Positions 18,063 to 28,301 of a stretch of 55,341 nt of DNA are shown here, one piece after another (position 1 is the first letter of the stretch; every line of letters starts with the position of its first letter). Origin of the DNA: a virus (taxonomy: Duplodnaviria > Caudoviricetes); the IMG/VR virus record IMGVR_UViG_3300033146_002149, positions 1-55,341 of that record. One strand, written 5' to 3'. The notes below the pieces were generated by a model. The model saw only the letters and a program-made list of their open reading frames with translations. It made no database searches and was not told where the DNA came from. The translations under genes were made by a program, and so were the position numbers.

Positions 18063-20254
18063 TATATTTCCACCCCTATTTCAGTTGTTGTTTCTATTTG
18101 CTTAAAAAACGCACGATGATAAAGACCATCATCACCAACTAAATAAGCATCTCCAGTATCCAAAACTGTAAATAATTTGTTTGTGTTTGAATCTTTATAT
18201 ATTACACAGCCTGTTTTTACTATTTTTGCTTGCCCAACTTGTTCTGATGACCTACAAGTACCTTTTAATAATAATGATTTCCACGTATGATCATATGGGA
18301 ACTCAGTATCGATTGCAGCTAATGTTTTTGGGTGCCCTTCATTTATTTCTTTATCTAAATCATGATCAATCACACAAGATAACAATAAGCCAGAATCAGG
18401 CACAGCTTCTTGTACGTATGTATATTGATTGGTTTTTGTGGTTATGTTGCCATAAATATCAAAAACACCACCAACGAAAGCATAATCATACATGCCAAGT
18501 GGTTCACACATATCACCTATACCAGCCGCAGTGGCTTGAACTGGAAAACTATTTATTGGACGAGTACCTTTAGAAAAAGAATCTGTGAAAACATCTAACA
18601 TTGAGGTAAAGCCTCTTGCCCCTTTATTATATTCTAACGTACTGACTCCATACTCACCAAGAACATAAATATCTTGTTTGTTCAAGCGAATTTTAGTTGT
18701 TACATCTACAGACCAAAACTCAACGCCATGCTCAGTATAATAATCTTCAAAATCCAAAAAGGCTGGTCGTATTGCTTGAAACACAGGCACATCTGTAAAA
18801 GTCGCACTTCCCCAAATAAGATCCATAGTAATTTGTTCGGAAAGTTGTCCAGTAGCAAGATAACACATTGAGTGGCAATATTTTTCTACCCATAAAATAG
18901 GGTTGCCAGTATAAAGATTTTGCGTAAGATAAGTATCAATCACCCTATCCCAAATAAAAAACAACTCTTTACTTATCGGATTCCAGATTGCTGTTTTAAT
19001 ATTAAGGTCTGTATCACCTGAGTTATTTGACAAAGTTAGAAGTGTTGATGTCACATGCCCAGTTAAATCAATTATATCTTCATAATATTGATTTTCATCA
19101 TAATTAAGTAAGCCCCATGAAGCATAATGTTTTTGCGTCTTTTCTTTAAAACCATAACCTAATAAGCGAATATGTAGTTTTGGTTTATTTAAATAAGACC
19201 AAATAGAGCCAAATTCTTTGCTTAGACTTTTTTCCCACTGAAGACTGATGTTTTTATTTGTTATGTTAATTATCCACTGAGAAACCCTTGCTTCTTGTTC
19301 TGATAAAAGGCCTATATAATAAATTATTTCTTTACTTACTGGATCTTCTGTTCCCCAAATATCAAAGCCCATATGAGTATCTGTAGTAGTTCCAAAAGCA
19401 GTACATATACCTAAAGAACACACCTCTCTTGTGAATCCTTCCGAAGGATAAGTATTTCCAGAGCCTTCCCATTGAAAAATACCATCTTTATAGGAAAGAG
19501 AGACAACCCATTTTAATGGAACTATAGGATATAGCGGAGGCTCAAAAGTATAGGCAGTTAAAATAAAATCATCATATGTTTTTGACCATACGTTTCGATA
19601 AGTTGGAGCATCTTTACAGGAGACATTTGATAATGGTGACAAATCATAAGGTGAAGCAAAACTAATAGAGCTAAACTTGTTTTCGTTTTCAGCACCTAAC
19701 AAAGAACTAAATACCTCAACATTATTATAAAGTCTATCATAAAAACGACTTTGACACTCTTCAACAACTCCTTTACCACCACTATCTTCACCCTCAATAA
19801 GAACTCCACTAGACCAACACTTTACAAATGACCCGAATAGTTTAGTTTCATTTCGGTAAGTAAAAAGCCCCGATCCATCATCACCAGCATCCCCACAAAA
19901 CACAGCTTCAGAATCATTAAATTCAGTAATAAAATCTTCATTATAATGGAATTTAATCCATTCCTCTGCATTACCATAAATGATAACAAGAAGGTTTTTC
20001 TTTATGGTCATAATATTTGATTCTTCTGCTTGAATAGTTATAGGAACAAAGATTTCTATCGACTTAATATTATAGTTTTTACTGCAAAGGATAACACTAC
20101 CGTCAGGCATAGAAAGCCGTCTTGACGCTTGCTTCAAATTTTGGAACTGCATACTATTTTCAAGAATATTCATCTGGCTTTTTGCAAACCCTAAAGCATT
20201 AATAGCCTGCCTTTTATTACCTAAAAACTTTACTCCTATGGGATAATTAAACAT
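18062..20254 (-). CDS. Putative tail protein
   Basis: 730 aa, aromatic and beta-rich; translationally coupled (1-nt overlaps) on both sides. Confidence 0.5.
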   Translation of the reverse strand: MFNYPIGVKFLGNKRQAINALGFAKSQMNILENSMQFQNLKQASRRLSMPDGSVILCSKNYNIKSIEIFVPITIQAEESNIMTIKKNLLVIIYGNAEEWIKFHYNEDFITEFNDSEAVFCGDAGDDGSGLFTYRNETKLFGSFVKCWSSGVLIEGEDSGGKGVVEECQSRFYDRLYNNVEVFSSLLGAENENKFSSISFASPYDLSPLSNVSCKDAPTYRNVWSKTYDDFILTAYTFEPPLYPIVPLKWVVSLSYKDGIFQWEGSGNTYPSEGFTREVCSLGICTAFGTTTDTHMGFDIWGTEDPVSKEIIYYIGLLSEQEARVSQWIINITNKNISLQWEKSLSKEFGSIWSYLNKPKLHIRLLGYGFKEKTQKHYASWGLLNYDENQYYEDIIDLTGHVTSTLLTLSNNSGDTDLNIKTAIWNPISKELFFIWDRVIDTYLTQNLYTGNPILWVEKYCHSMCYLATGQLSEQITMDLIWGSATFTDVPVFQAIRPAFLDFEDYYTEHGVEFWSVDVTTKIRLNKQDIYVLGEYGVSTLEYNKGARGFTSMLDVFTDSFSKGTRPINSFPVQATAAGIGDMCEPLGMYDYAFVGGVFDIYGNITTKTNQYTYVQEAVPDSGLLLSCVIDHDLDKEINEGHPKTLAAIDTEFPYDHTWKSLLLKGTCRSSEQVGQAKIVKTGCVIYKDSNTNKLFTVLDTGDAYLVGDDGLYHRAFFKQIETTTEIGVEI

Positions 20255-20721
20255 CAGTGAAACCTATTTCTAATAATTGGCAAGATTCTTATTTCATCAA
20301 TAGAAAAGTCCGATCCAGATGTGCCGTTAGAAATTTTAAACGTCCAAAATCTGCCGTACAAAACCCGACTTATTGGGATACGAATATCTTGTTGCCCAAC
20401 AGTAGAAATAGCAATAGGATATGATATTGCAGTAACCTTTTCAGTATTAATATCAACTTGTAAATTTCCAGTAGCTTCCAGAGACAAATATAAATAACGT
20501 AATCTTTTATCATTCCCTTGACCGAAATCCATTGTAGCAGTCACAAAGTAAGCAGAAATAACTGTTGAAGTTAAATCTGTATTTCCTGTAATTTTTAGCA
20601 AACCCTCTTCGGATGATGCAAAATACTTCCCATGAGCTTTAGTCAGAGAATTAATACTGACCCCACGGTATTGCGTAGTGGCGTTGTTGCTTTTTAAATT
20701 AGTATTAAGAATTAATGTCAT
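20254..20721 (-). CDS. Virion structural protein (resembles the C-terminal part of podovirus tail nozzle proteins)
   Basis: Motifs TMDFG...KRLRYLYL...RIPISRVLYGRFWTFKISN; 4-nt overlap with the upstream gene. Confidence 0.5.
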   Translation of the reverse strand: MTLILNTNLKSNNATTQYRGVSINSLTKAHGKYFASSEEGLLKITGNTDLTSTVISAYFVTATMDFGQGNDKRLRYLYLSLEATGNLQVDINTEKVTAISYPIAISTVGQQDIRIPISRVLYGRFWTFKISNGTSGSDFSIDEIRILPIIRNRFH

Positions 20722-22043
20722 CTGATAGCCTCTCTTATATGATGCAATGCACTATCTATAAAATTGAAGCTATTATTTTCTATTTGGATTAGGGGAAGAG
20801 AGCATAAGAGTTGACTTAAAATTGAGGCATCACCTTCCAGGGAACAAATTAATCCAGCAGAAGTAAAATCAATATTACCAATATTCCCTACATCACCAAG
20901 CGAACTAAAAACAAGTTGTTCTTTTGAAAAAATAAGCTCACCAACAATAGCAGGATTGGCAGATATATTGACTGAAAACATTGGAAAAAGACTATCAAAA
21001 TTTGATAAAAAACAACCATTTGAAATAAAACTTGACTCAATAATTGGAAGGTTGATGTCAATAGAAGCTTGGCTAGAGCACCCCAAAGAAGTTCCATCAA
21101 ACAACATCATTGGGATAAAGATGTTTGCAACTGCTCCAGCAAAAGACTCCACCAACAGAGTTGAAAGATCAAAAGTTAAAGATGCTATTCGGCTGCTATT
21201 ACCTGAAAAAACAAAATCAATTACGGGAAGTTCAAAAGCAATTCTATTGTAGCCATTCATAGTGGCTGTAAAAACAGGAAGTTTAAAATCAAAATCTATC
21301 TTGTTCGCTGTCAATGACCCAGAAATTGCTATTGCTGGAAAAGAAGCTTCTATGTCAGCATATCGAGGAGCAAATGATGCTGACATAGAAACTGTTTTCA
21401 TTGGTAAATCAAGAAAAATACCAAGCGGCCAACTGGTTGCTTCTATAGAAGATTCTAAGGATGGGAAGCTTGGCATGATTGCAGCATTACCTAACCAACC
21501 GACTGACTCCACTTGCATTAAAGGTAAGGAAAGGTCTATGCTAGGAAAAACTAAAGTGACTGTTTGATCATCTTCTGTATCTGTAGCTACATGCGCATTT
21601 ATTTGACTAGCAAAGATATAGGCAGAAGATGCTACAGGATCATTATATATTGTGCTTGTAATGGATTCTGATGAATATTGGACTGTAAAGTTCTTGATTC
21701 CATAAGTTATGTTACTGCCAGAACCATGATAATTATTAATAACAATACTTGAGAAAGTTTGTTCTGTATCAAAAACAATAGTTATTCTTACATTCACTGA
21801 ATCCAGTGCCAGCCAAACAGTATTAATTGCTGTACCTGTTTTTGATAGAGAAGTATCAAAAGCTCTTTCTCCTTCAGCCCAAGTATATGGAGAAGCCTCA
21901 GCATATGTCATAGAATTAGCGCTTGAGATAGATAACTTTGAAGCACCATTATAAAACTCAATTGATCTAACGCCTAAATATGCTGAATAACCCCAATTGT
22001 CTTCTATATCAAAAACAACAGACTTTGCAGTTACAGTAGTCAT
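20718..22043 (-). CDS. Tail protein with N-terminal discoidin/galactose-binding-like domain and C-terminal repeats
   Basis: N-terminal DNWG...GVRSIEF...AFDT...W...SIVINNY...GIKNF pattern, followed by ~25-aa xxLPxxx repeats. Confidence 0.5.
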   Translation of the reverse strand: MTTVTAKSVVFDIEDNWGYSAYLGVRSIEFYNGASKLSISSANSMTYAEASPYTWAEGERAFDTSLSKTGTAINTVWLALDSVNVRITIVFDTEQTFSSIVINNYHGSGSNITYGIKNFTVQYSSESITSTIYNDPVASSAYIFASQINAHVATDTEDDQTVTLVFPSIDLSLPLMQVESVGWLGNAAIMPSFPSLESSIEATSWPLGIFLDLPMKTVSMSASFAPRYADIEASFPAIAISGSLTANKIDFDFKLPVFTATMNGYNRIAFELPVIDFVFSGNSSRIASLTFDLSTLLVESFAGAVANIFIPMMLFDGTSLGCSSQASIDINLPIIESSFISNGCFLSNFDSLFPMFSVNISANPAIVGELIFSKEQLVFSSLGDVGNIGNIDFTSAGLICSLEGDASILSQLLCSLPLIQIENNSFNFIDSALHHIREAIR

Positions 22044-22053
22044 CTAAATACCC

Positions 22054-22776
22054 TTAACTTGCAGGTTGAGTGATGCTTACTGTGTCGATAGTCACTGTGC
22101 CCCCGGAAGTAATTGCTGTATTGCTTATGTTAAGAGCTGCCCCTGAAGTGGCAATATTACCATCAAATCTAATACCTGTAGTTGATGCTCCAGTAGATAA
22201 TGAGTTATCATAAAAGCGGAACCAGCCTGCTGTGCCTGTAGTGCCTGCTACACCAGACCAAACTTCTCCGGTTTCAGTAGCAAGCACACCAGAAGAAACA
22301 TTACCCATAAGCAAACCGTTTGTGTCAGTTCCAGCAACAAAGGCTCCTGAGCTTTGGGTGATCTCAACAAGGGCTGTAGATCCTTCAGTTGTATCTGCAT
22401 CAGTTGGCATTGATCCCGCGAAGATGCGAAGAACACCATAGCGAAACAAGTCAGCTAGAGAACCACCTCTTGCAGATGCAAGGACAACCGGATCACCAGC
22501 AGCCTCAGTTGAGGTAGCACCAAGAGCAATTTCAATAGCTCCAGCAGCAACAGCCAATATCTCAGCAGTAAAAGTATTACTCGTTGAGCCTGTAACCGTT
22601 ATTTTGTCACCAACTGAGAAACCAAGCAAACCATCTCCAGAATCCAATATCTCATCATTACCTCCGGTTCCTGTACCTGAGCCAAATGAAATTGTAGTCG
22701 CTGTTAACTGATATTGTGCTACTGCTTTCTGATCAAGCATTGCATTTCGTAGACCCGTACTAAGTCGAACTGTCAT
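22054..22776 (-). CDS. Virion structural protein
   Basis: MTVRLSTGLRNAML...GVLRIFAGSMPTDAD...GTAGWFRF...RFDG family seen in podovirus tail regions; G/T/A-rich. Confidence 0.6.
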   Translation of the reverse strand: MTVRLSTGLRNAMLDQKAVAQYQLTATTISFGSGTGTGGNDEILDSGDGLLGFSVGDKITVTGSTSNTFTAEILAVAAGAIEIALGATSTEAAGDPVVLASARGGSLADLFRYGVLRIFAGSMPTDADTTEGSTALVEITQSSGAFVAGTDTNGLLMGNVSSGVLATETGEVWSGVAGTTGTAGWFRFYDNSLSTGASTTGIRFDGNIATSGAALNISNTAITSGGTVTIDTVSITQPAS

Positions 22777-22811
22777 GATATTACCCCCATATATATATAT
22801 ATATTTTTTTA

Positions 22812-23729
22812 TTAATTCATTCCATGGATGAACTCATATCCGATCAATGCACCAAAACCAGTTGAAACATTCTCAGGATAAACAATCTTTGTTTTTGTTA
22901 AATTGATAATACTGCCACTTGGCGTCCCAAGTATTGCTCCCTCAGTACTTGCCCATAAGGCACAAAGCCCAGGATCATATCCGATATCTCCGCCGTCTAC
23001 ATATTCGATTGCATCTGACCATTCTACCGCCGGGAAACTTGCAACCTTATGCAAAGTGAAGTCTTCGGGGGATAGTCCAGAAAGGAAATAAGTATTACGG
23101 CCACTTGATATATAAAGCCCACCATCAACAGGCTTGATCATCCTAATGCCAGTGTTGAACTGAACGAATGAATCAGCCAGGTTGAACAGATCAAACCTGA
23201 AGAGTTCAGACCACCATAATACCTTACCGACCGAGGCAAACATTCTTCCTGAATGAATCTGTAAATGAGTCATTGACTCAGGAATTGTGAAATTGCGGTT
23301 TGTTTCTGGGCCATGATATGTTCCAACATCCCACGCTCCGGAAGAACCGGATGTTATGATTCCCCTATCAATGCCGTTACTGTAATAGGTTTTGTCCCCA
23401 TGTTGTGCCCATGACATCTTATGGCCACTTGTTAAACCAGATCGTAGCCCTGACAAAGAACCATCCGCAGCAACTTGCATAATTGCATCGTCAGTTGCCC
23501 TAGTCTGAATAACAAAGCAATCCTCGGTATTGCAAAAAAGACTATGAAAGGAACCAGCTTGAAGTAAGGAAAATCCCGGTCTTCGTGACGGTCTGTTATA
23601 TTGATCAATCCTCATGTTGACTATTTCAGCAACATCGTTTATGCCAGCTTCGGTCATTGGAATACGGGCAGGATCAGCAACAATATTTAAACCTGAAGTA
23701 CCTCTAAATATGGTGATAGGATCAGTCAT
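22812..23729 (-). CDS. Tail/head-closure (nozzle-like) beta-propeller protein
   Basis: GLN...N(M)RID...RRPG N-terminus and beta-rich body; located right after the adaptor. Confidence 0.55.
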   Translation of the reverse strand: MTDPITIFRGTSGLNIVADPARIPMTEAGINDVAEIVNMRIDQYNRPSRRPGFSLLQAGSFHSLFCNTEDCFVIQTRATDDAIMQVAADGSLSGLRSGLTSGHKMSWAQHGDKTYYSNGIDRGIITSGSSGAWDVGTYHGPETNRNFTIPESMTHLQIHSGRMFASVGKVLWWSELFRFDLFNLADSFVQFNTGIRMIKPVDGGLYISSGRNTYFLSGLSPEDFTLHKVASFPAVEWSDAIEYVDGGDIGYDPGLCALWASTEGAILGTPSGSIINLTKTKIVYPENVSTGFGALIGYEFIHGMN

Positions 23730-23738
23730 TATAATACC

Positions 23739-24392
23739 TTAATCAGATAGAAGATTAACAATTTTATTTTCATATGGAATTGTTAATTCAAGATTTTTTA
23801 AGGCAAGGTAAAAACTATTCATATACCTCTGCGTATTGACACCAACGCCTTCAATGCCATCCTCGATTAATTCGAATATTCGCCAGCAAGCATGGTTCAG
23901 CAATAATGATCGTTGAAGCTGAATTGGTATGCCATCAGGTTCGTCTTCATCATCTTCCATTTCTACAGGTAAACGATAATAATGAATAGTTAAATCAGTA
24001 GCAACCGTAGGGATTCCTTGATAATACAATAAATTACCAAACTCAATGCATTCTGAAATTGTCCCGATTCGATCAAGATTTGGATATGTTGAGGTAAAAG
24101 AATTGAAAGATTCTGCAAGGATTAACTCATAACCTTCGGATGAAGCAACTAATTGTAAGTTTCTCTGAAAATCTGTAGGCATACTAAGATAGGGAGTAGC
24201 AAGAACTGTAGTCACCGTACCGATGGTTAAAAGTCCAGGTAATGGTGGAGTAATCCAATCACCTAAAGCAGACTGCATTCCACCAGCCACCTCAAGCTGA
24301 GCTTGATTCAAGTACGTACCTATCATTTCTTCAGTAAAGAAATCATCTTGAATAATATTCTGTACTGCTGAAATAAGATCTGAGAAGGGCAT
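23739..24392 (-). CDS. Head-tail adaptor protein
   Basis: Motifs YLNQAQLEV...YLSMPTDF...LTIHYYRLP...PDGIP match podovirus adaptor/tail-tube-A family patterns; position after the capsid gene. Confidence 0.65.
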   Translation of the reverse strand: MPFSDLISAVQNIIQDDFFTEEMIGTYLNQAQLEVAGGMQSALGDWITPPLPGLLTIGTVTTVLATPYLSMPTDFQRNLQLVASSEGYELILAESFNSFTSTYPNLDRIGTISECIEFGNLLYYQGIPTVATDLTIHYYRLPVEMEDDEDEPDGIPIQLQRSLLLNHACWRIFELIEDGIEGVGVNTQRYMNSFYLALKNLELTIPYENKIVNLLSD

Positions 24393-24667
24393 TATAAATC
24401 ATCTCCAGTCACAGGGGTTGTTAGGAAGTAACCATCGTTAGGTGCTTCAGTACCAGTTAAGAAGTTCAATGATTCTTCTTTCCTTAGCACTGGGACAGAC
24501 TGCTTCTCACCTTTTGGCTTAGGTGGAGTAAATTGTTCATGCTTAGGTTCCCAGCAATTAGCAGAGCATACAAACCAATTATCCCAAGTCATGCGGCATT
24601 CTGAGGCATAAAACTGAAAGCCACAGCGATCACAAATTACTTGATAATCACCAGGAATATAAGGCAT
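24392..24667 (-). CDS. Conserved small Zn-binding head-region protein
   Basis: ICDRCGF...W...VC...WEPKHEQ motif, commonly found after this type of capsid gene. Confidence 0.55.
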   Translation of the reverse strand: MPYIPGDYQVICDRCGFQFYASECRMTWDNWFVCSANCWEPKHEQFTPPKPKGEKQSVPVLRKEESLNFLTGTEAPNDGYFLTTPVTGDDL

Positions 24668-24770
24668 GAAAAATCTCCTACTTAATCATGATACGTACAT
24701 ACGGCAGAGTTAAGATAGCAGCAAAAACAATTGATTGCTTCTGCTGCTAGGTATTAAATTACTCGAGGCC

Positions 24771-24784
24771 GTTCATTTTTGAAC
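24771..24784. promoter_or_regulatory. Palindromic operator-like box, copy 1
   Basis: GTTCATTTTTGAAC just downstream of the capsid gene. Confidence 0.6.
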
Positions 24785-24796
24785 ACCAAGTCGTTA

Positions 24797-25717
24797 TCAG
24801 GCACCAGGAGAACCAAAAATGCCTCTTGGATCTGACCAACCAAATGATCCTCTGAAAGTTGCTTTAAACTTAGCATTTTCAGTATCAAAATCATTCTCAG
24901 TGCCAAACGCATCTGCCCTTCTTTCCATATACTTCAGGCCGTCAGGACAATTGGTCTTAATAAACCAGGCATCATCATCAGTAAGATAATGATTTACTGT
25001 AGTTCCTTTTGGAAACTTTTTAGACGCCTTAAGAGCATTAATATCATTGTTGGCTGTACCAGACTGTCCAATTGATTCCAAGATCCGGAAGGCATCAAAC
25101 TCCAAAGATTGAGGAATGATCAACTGCTGCGGCATAATAGCTATTGTGAGACCACGATCAGTTTTGAATCCAGCGATATCGATACATGCCTGCTCTAGAG
25201 CAGCTTCACTCAGATCAGCAGCTGTAGTAAGTTCGTTCCGCCAAATACCACCAGATTTGTTCGGATGATCAAGAGCACAAAGCTCTTTGTTATCAGAATT
25301 AGCTCCCATGGTGTAAGAACTATTGAACGCCCTATTAAGTACGTTAGCACCGATGATTTCTTTTGTCTGCCGGATTGAGAAGGCCAACGCATTTGCCCGA
25401 CGCAAAGAAACAGTAACAGCTATGCCGTCTTCATACATTTCCCTGGTGATAATGAATCCCAGGCCGTATGTAATGTGGGTATATCGAGATACAAAACCCT
25501 GCTCTTGATCGTCATAAGCGATGCCGGCACCCTCAGTTTTTACGGCAGCCAGCCCCATACCGGTAACACCAACTTCCTCTTCAAACGCTCTGGTGGAACC
25601 CATCTTTTCGAAGATATCCAGATATTCAATTGGATACTCTTTGTACTTTTGACCGAACCAGGTTTTTACGCCAGGTACCAAGTCTTTTGCAAAATTTGCA
25701 GTTGTAATAACACCCAT
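24797..25717 (-). CDS. Major capsid protein (HK97 fold, Mu gpT-like family)
   Basis: 306 aa. KDLVPGVKTWFG...STRAFEEEVG...KTEGAGIAYD...RYTHITYGLGF...YLTDDDAWF...FGWSDPRGIFGSPGA. Confidence 0.9.
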   Translation of the reverse strand: MGVITTANFAKDLVPGVKTWFGQKYKEYPIEYLDIFEKMGSTRAFEEEVGVTGMGLAAVKTEGAGIAYDDQEQGFVSRYTHITYGLGFIITREMYEDGIAVTVSLRRANALAFSIRQTKEIIGANVLNRAFNSSYTMGANSDNKELCALDHPNKSGGIWRNELTTAADLSEAALEQACIDIAGFKTDRGLTIAIMPQQLIIPQSLEFDAFRILESIGQSGTANNDINALKASKKFPKGTTVNHYLTDDDAWFIKTNCPDGLKYMERRADAFGTENDFDTENAKFKATFRGSFGWSDPRGIFGSPGA

Positions 25718-25769
25718 GGTAAATCTCCTTAAAGTATAAACACTACATAATGCTTATACGAATCAATTT

Positions 25770-26357
25770 TTAAACGTCAGTAGCGACAAGCATTTCATGC
25801 TCTACAAAGAGGACTTCCCATTTACAATGAGTGCCAATTGCATTATCAACCCGATCTACAATTCTGAGAATTTTGCACTGCCCCAAAGCTGTTGCGGTAT
25901 CACTGGAGTCAAGCTCCATTGCTGATTTGCCCGTCACAGTGTTTCCAGCCCCAACAGCGATGTCAGTAGACAAACCTACCATAGCAACGCCGATATCGTT
26001 ACCTACACTGTCTTCTTGGACTTCAAAAATAACGAAAGGATCATCAACTACCAGGCAATACATTGCAGTTGAAGCCGCCCGATGATTCATGACCAAATTA
26101 TCTGGATTAATCAGACAAGATGGATCTGTTCCGAAGCCGATAATGACTCCTCTAATGAGATCAGTAGCCGCAGCTTGGGCAACTGTAGGGTATTTTCCAG
26201 TGACATCAGCAGATCCAGCAGATTTAACTGCATCTCCAACAAACATTGCCACAGCATCAGTTGATGGAATATAATATACATTGGCTTTGCCAGACCAAGG
26301 AACGCCTAGCAAATGTTTGACCGGCTTAAATCCGGAAGGAATATCAGAGTTTGCCAT
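25770..26357 (-). CDS. Capsid cement/decoration protein
   Basis: MANSDIPSGFKPV...MFVGDAV...VVDDP...FEVQ family, typically immediately upstream of this capsid type. Confidence 0.65.
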   Translation of the reverse strand: MANSDIPSGFKPVKHLLGVPWSGKANVYYIPSTDAVAMFVGDAVKSAGSADVTGKYPTVAQAAATDLIRGVIIGFGTDPSCLINPDNLVMNHRAASTAMYCLVVDDPFVIFEVQEDSVGNDIGVAMVGLSTDIAVGAGNTVTGKSAMELDSSDTATALGQCKILRIVDRVDNAIGTHCKWEVLFVEHEMLVATDV

Positions 26358-26392
26358 AATTCATACCTCATTATAACTATAAAATATTAAGA

Positions 26393-26791
26393 TTAAGAAA
26401 TATTTACGCTTCCAGTTAAGCCATCTTTACCAGGGGACTTGGAATTACGCTTGATTTCAGATTCAACCGAAGTAATTTTATTCTGTTTTACCATCATGTC
26501 TTCTTCATAAATGGCTTCTGGAACCTCCATTAGAACTGCCCTTTGATTTTGACTCACAACTGGGTTAGTAATGCTGCCGATTGAATTAGCTCTCCCGAGT
26601 TTAGTGTCTCCAACAGGGATGTTTTCATCAACTACTGCCCAACCAGCTTCTTTGAATTGCTGCACACGATCGGCAATATCATTAACGAATCGACGTTTGA
26701 AGCCTTTTTTACCCGGAGCGGTTAGTATGTTTCTTGTTCCGAGTGGAATACGTTTTCTACTTACTTCCTTCATTTCTTTAGCTTCTATCAT
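26393..26791 (-). CDS. Conserved head-region protein
   Basis: KKGFKRRFVND...GW...AVLMEVP motif; located between scaffold and cement genes. Confidence 0.5.
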   Translation of the reverse strand: MIEAKEMKEVSRKRIPLGTRNILTAPGKKGFKRRFVNDIADRVQQFKEAGWAVVDENIPVGDTKLGRANSIGSITNPVVSQNQRAVLMEVPEAIYEEDMMVKQNKITSVESEIKRNSKSPGKDGLTGSVNIS

Positions 26792-26793
26792 AA

Positions 26794-27696
26794 TTAGGCT
26801 CCCTGGAGTTTTGCAATATCTTTAATATATTGATCTTCTGTCATGATTCCGCCCTGAACAAATTGCTTCATAATCGTTGATTGTGCTGCCGTAAGATTGG
26901 TTTTACTAAAACTTGGTGAAGCGGCAGTGTTTGTGGCTGCTTCAACTGGACTTGCCGGCCCGACAGGCTTAACTGACCAAGCAGGTGTTTCTGAGTCAAA
27001 CTTCTCTGGAAATACTTCAGCTACCTTAGCCCTGACTATGGAATAAATCCTGTCTATAGGAGCACCATTATATTGCTCAGCTACTTTATCAGCATAAGCG
27101 GCCATGGAATCGTCAGTCAAATACCAATCGTTATCCTTCACCCATTCGGTATAAACATCGTTTGTGGAAACAGCTTTTTTTGGCTCCGGCTTAGATAAAT
27201 CTTGCTCAATATTATTTATTTGTTTATCAAGAGCATCAACTTTATCTACATCAGCCAGCTCAATAGCGTCACGTTTCTGGGATTTTAAATTCGTAATTTC
27301 AGCCTGCATTTTCTTCAATTCTGCCTGATAAACTCGCTCGTTATGATCCTTGAGTGTATCAACAGAACCTTTTAGGTTATTTAACTGGCTCTTGAGATCT
27401 TTATTATGATCCCGCATAGAGTCTTGAATTTCACGAGACTTGAGAATGAAAGCAGCAGAATCGACAGCATCTTCGCCTTTGTGATCTGCCCGCCAGCCTA
27501 GCTGTGTCGCAAGTTCATCAACCGTCAAAGTTGGAGGCACATCAGCAGTTGCCACATCAGCAATAGCTGGAGCTTCAACAGATTTTTCAACTACTGGAAC
27601 TTCTGTTTTATCTGTAATAGGCTCACTTGCCGGAACTTCAACAGCAGCATCAGCAATAATATCTTCAATAAAGTCTTCTGACATAATAACCTCCAA
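26794..27696 (-). CDS. Capsid scaffolding protein
   Basis: Acidic N-terminus, LGW motif, central coiled coil, WVKDNDWY, C-terminal GIMTEDQY helix. The true start is probably the second Met (27684). Confidence 0.7.
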   Translation of the reverse strand: MEVIMSEDFIEDIIADAAVEVPASEPITDKTEVPVVEKSVEAPAIADVATADVPPTLTVDELATQLGWRADHKGEDAVDSAAFILKSREIQDSMRDHNKDLKSQLNNLKGSVDTLKDHNERVYQAELKKMQAEITNLKSQKRDAIELADVDKVDALDKQINNIEQDLSKPEPKKAVSTNDVYTEWVKDNDWYLTDDSMAAYADKVAEQYNGAPIDRIYSIVRAKVAEVFPEKFDSETPAWSVKPVGPASPVEAATNTAASPSFSKTNLTAAQSTIMKQFVQGGIMTEDQYIKDIAKLQGA

Positions 27697-28038
27697 CTAA
27701 AAAAGCATCTTGGCTAAGATGTCATTGTCGTTAATTAGAACATAATCAGTATTGTCCTTGCCAGTCATAGCAACCCCAGAATATTTGGCATAACTTATAA
27801 TGTCGCCAACTTTTGCCCAGGGCAGACCATCATCAAGATCTTTCCATGCAGATGATCCAATAGCAACAATGGTTCCTTTAGTCGCTGCGGCTTGCTCATT
27901 ATCTCGGATGATAGCAGTCAAAATGATTCCACCAGAGGTTTTTTCTTCCACTTTTTCTGGAAGGATTAAAACATGCCCGCCTGTCGGGATAATACCTGAA
28001 GAATTAAGTTTCGTTATTTTAGTAATTGAAGCAATCAT
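27697..28038 (-). CDS. groES: GroES-like co-chaperonin (Cpn10)
   Basis: IPTGGHVLILPEKVEEKTSGGIILT...GTIVAIG...VGDIISYAKYSG...YVLINDNDILA. Confidence 0.9.
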   Translation of the reverse strand: MIASITKITKLNSSGIIPTGGHVLILPEKVEEKTSGGIILTAIIRDNEQAAATKGTIVAIGSSAWKDLDDGLPWAKVGDIISYAKYSGVAMTGKDNTDYVLINDNDILAKMLF

Positions 28039-28061
28039 AATTATGCCATCCTTTTTAGTTA

Positions 28062-28289
28062 TTACTCGTCATCATGATTGAAAGTAATATTTAATAATTG
28101 ATTCAGGCCATCTATTTGACCAACTAACTTGTTTGTTAATCCATGAGTTGTATCTGCCCTTTGGCCTAGCGTATTACCATCTGAGAAGCTATCCAGTAAT
28201 TTTTGCCTCATTATGATTATTTCAGCAAATATTTCCTTCGTCACCGGATGAGATTTCCATTCATCGAATTGTTCTTCGTCTATGTGCAT
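28062..28289 (-). CDS. Hypothetical head-region protein
   Basis: 75 aa with EWKSHPVTK motif, RBS AAGGA upstream, directly after the portal. Confidence 0.55.
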   Translation of the reverse strand: MHIDEEQFDEWKSHPVTKEIFAEIIIMRQKLLDSFSDGNTLGQRADTTHGLTNKLVGQIDGLNQLLNITFNHDDE

Positions 28290-28301
28290 TGTTATCCTTA
28301 C

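Noticed and set aside
24771-24784. LexA/SOS box interpretation of the palindrome
   Set aside because: Half-site order and spacing (GTTC-N6-GAAC) do not match the GAAC-N4-GTTC, GTTC-N7-GTTC or CTGT-N8-ACAG boxes.
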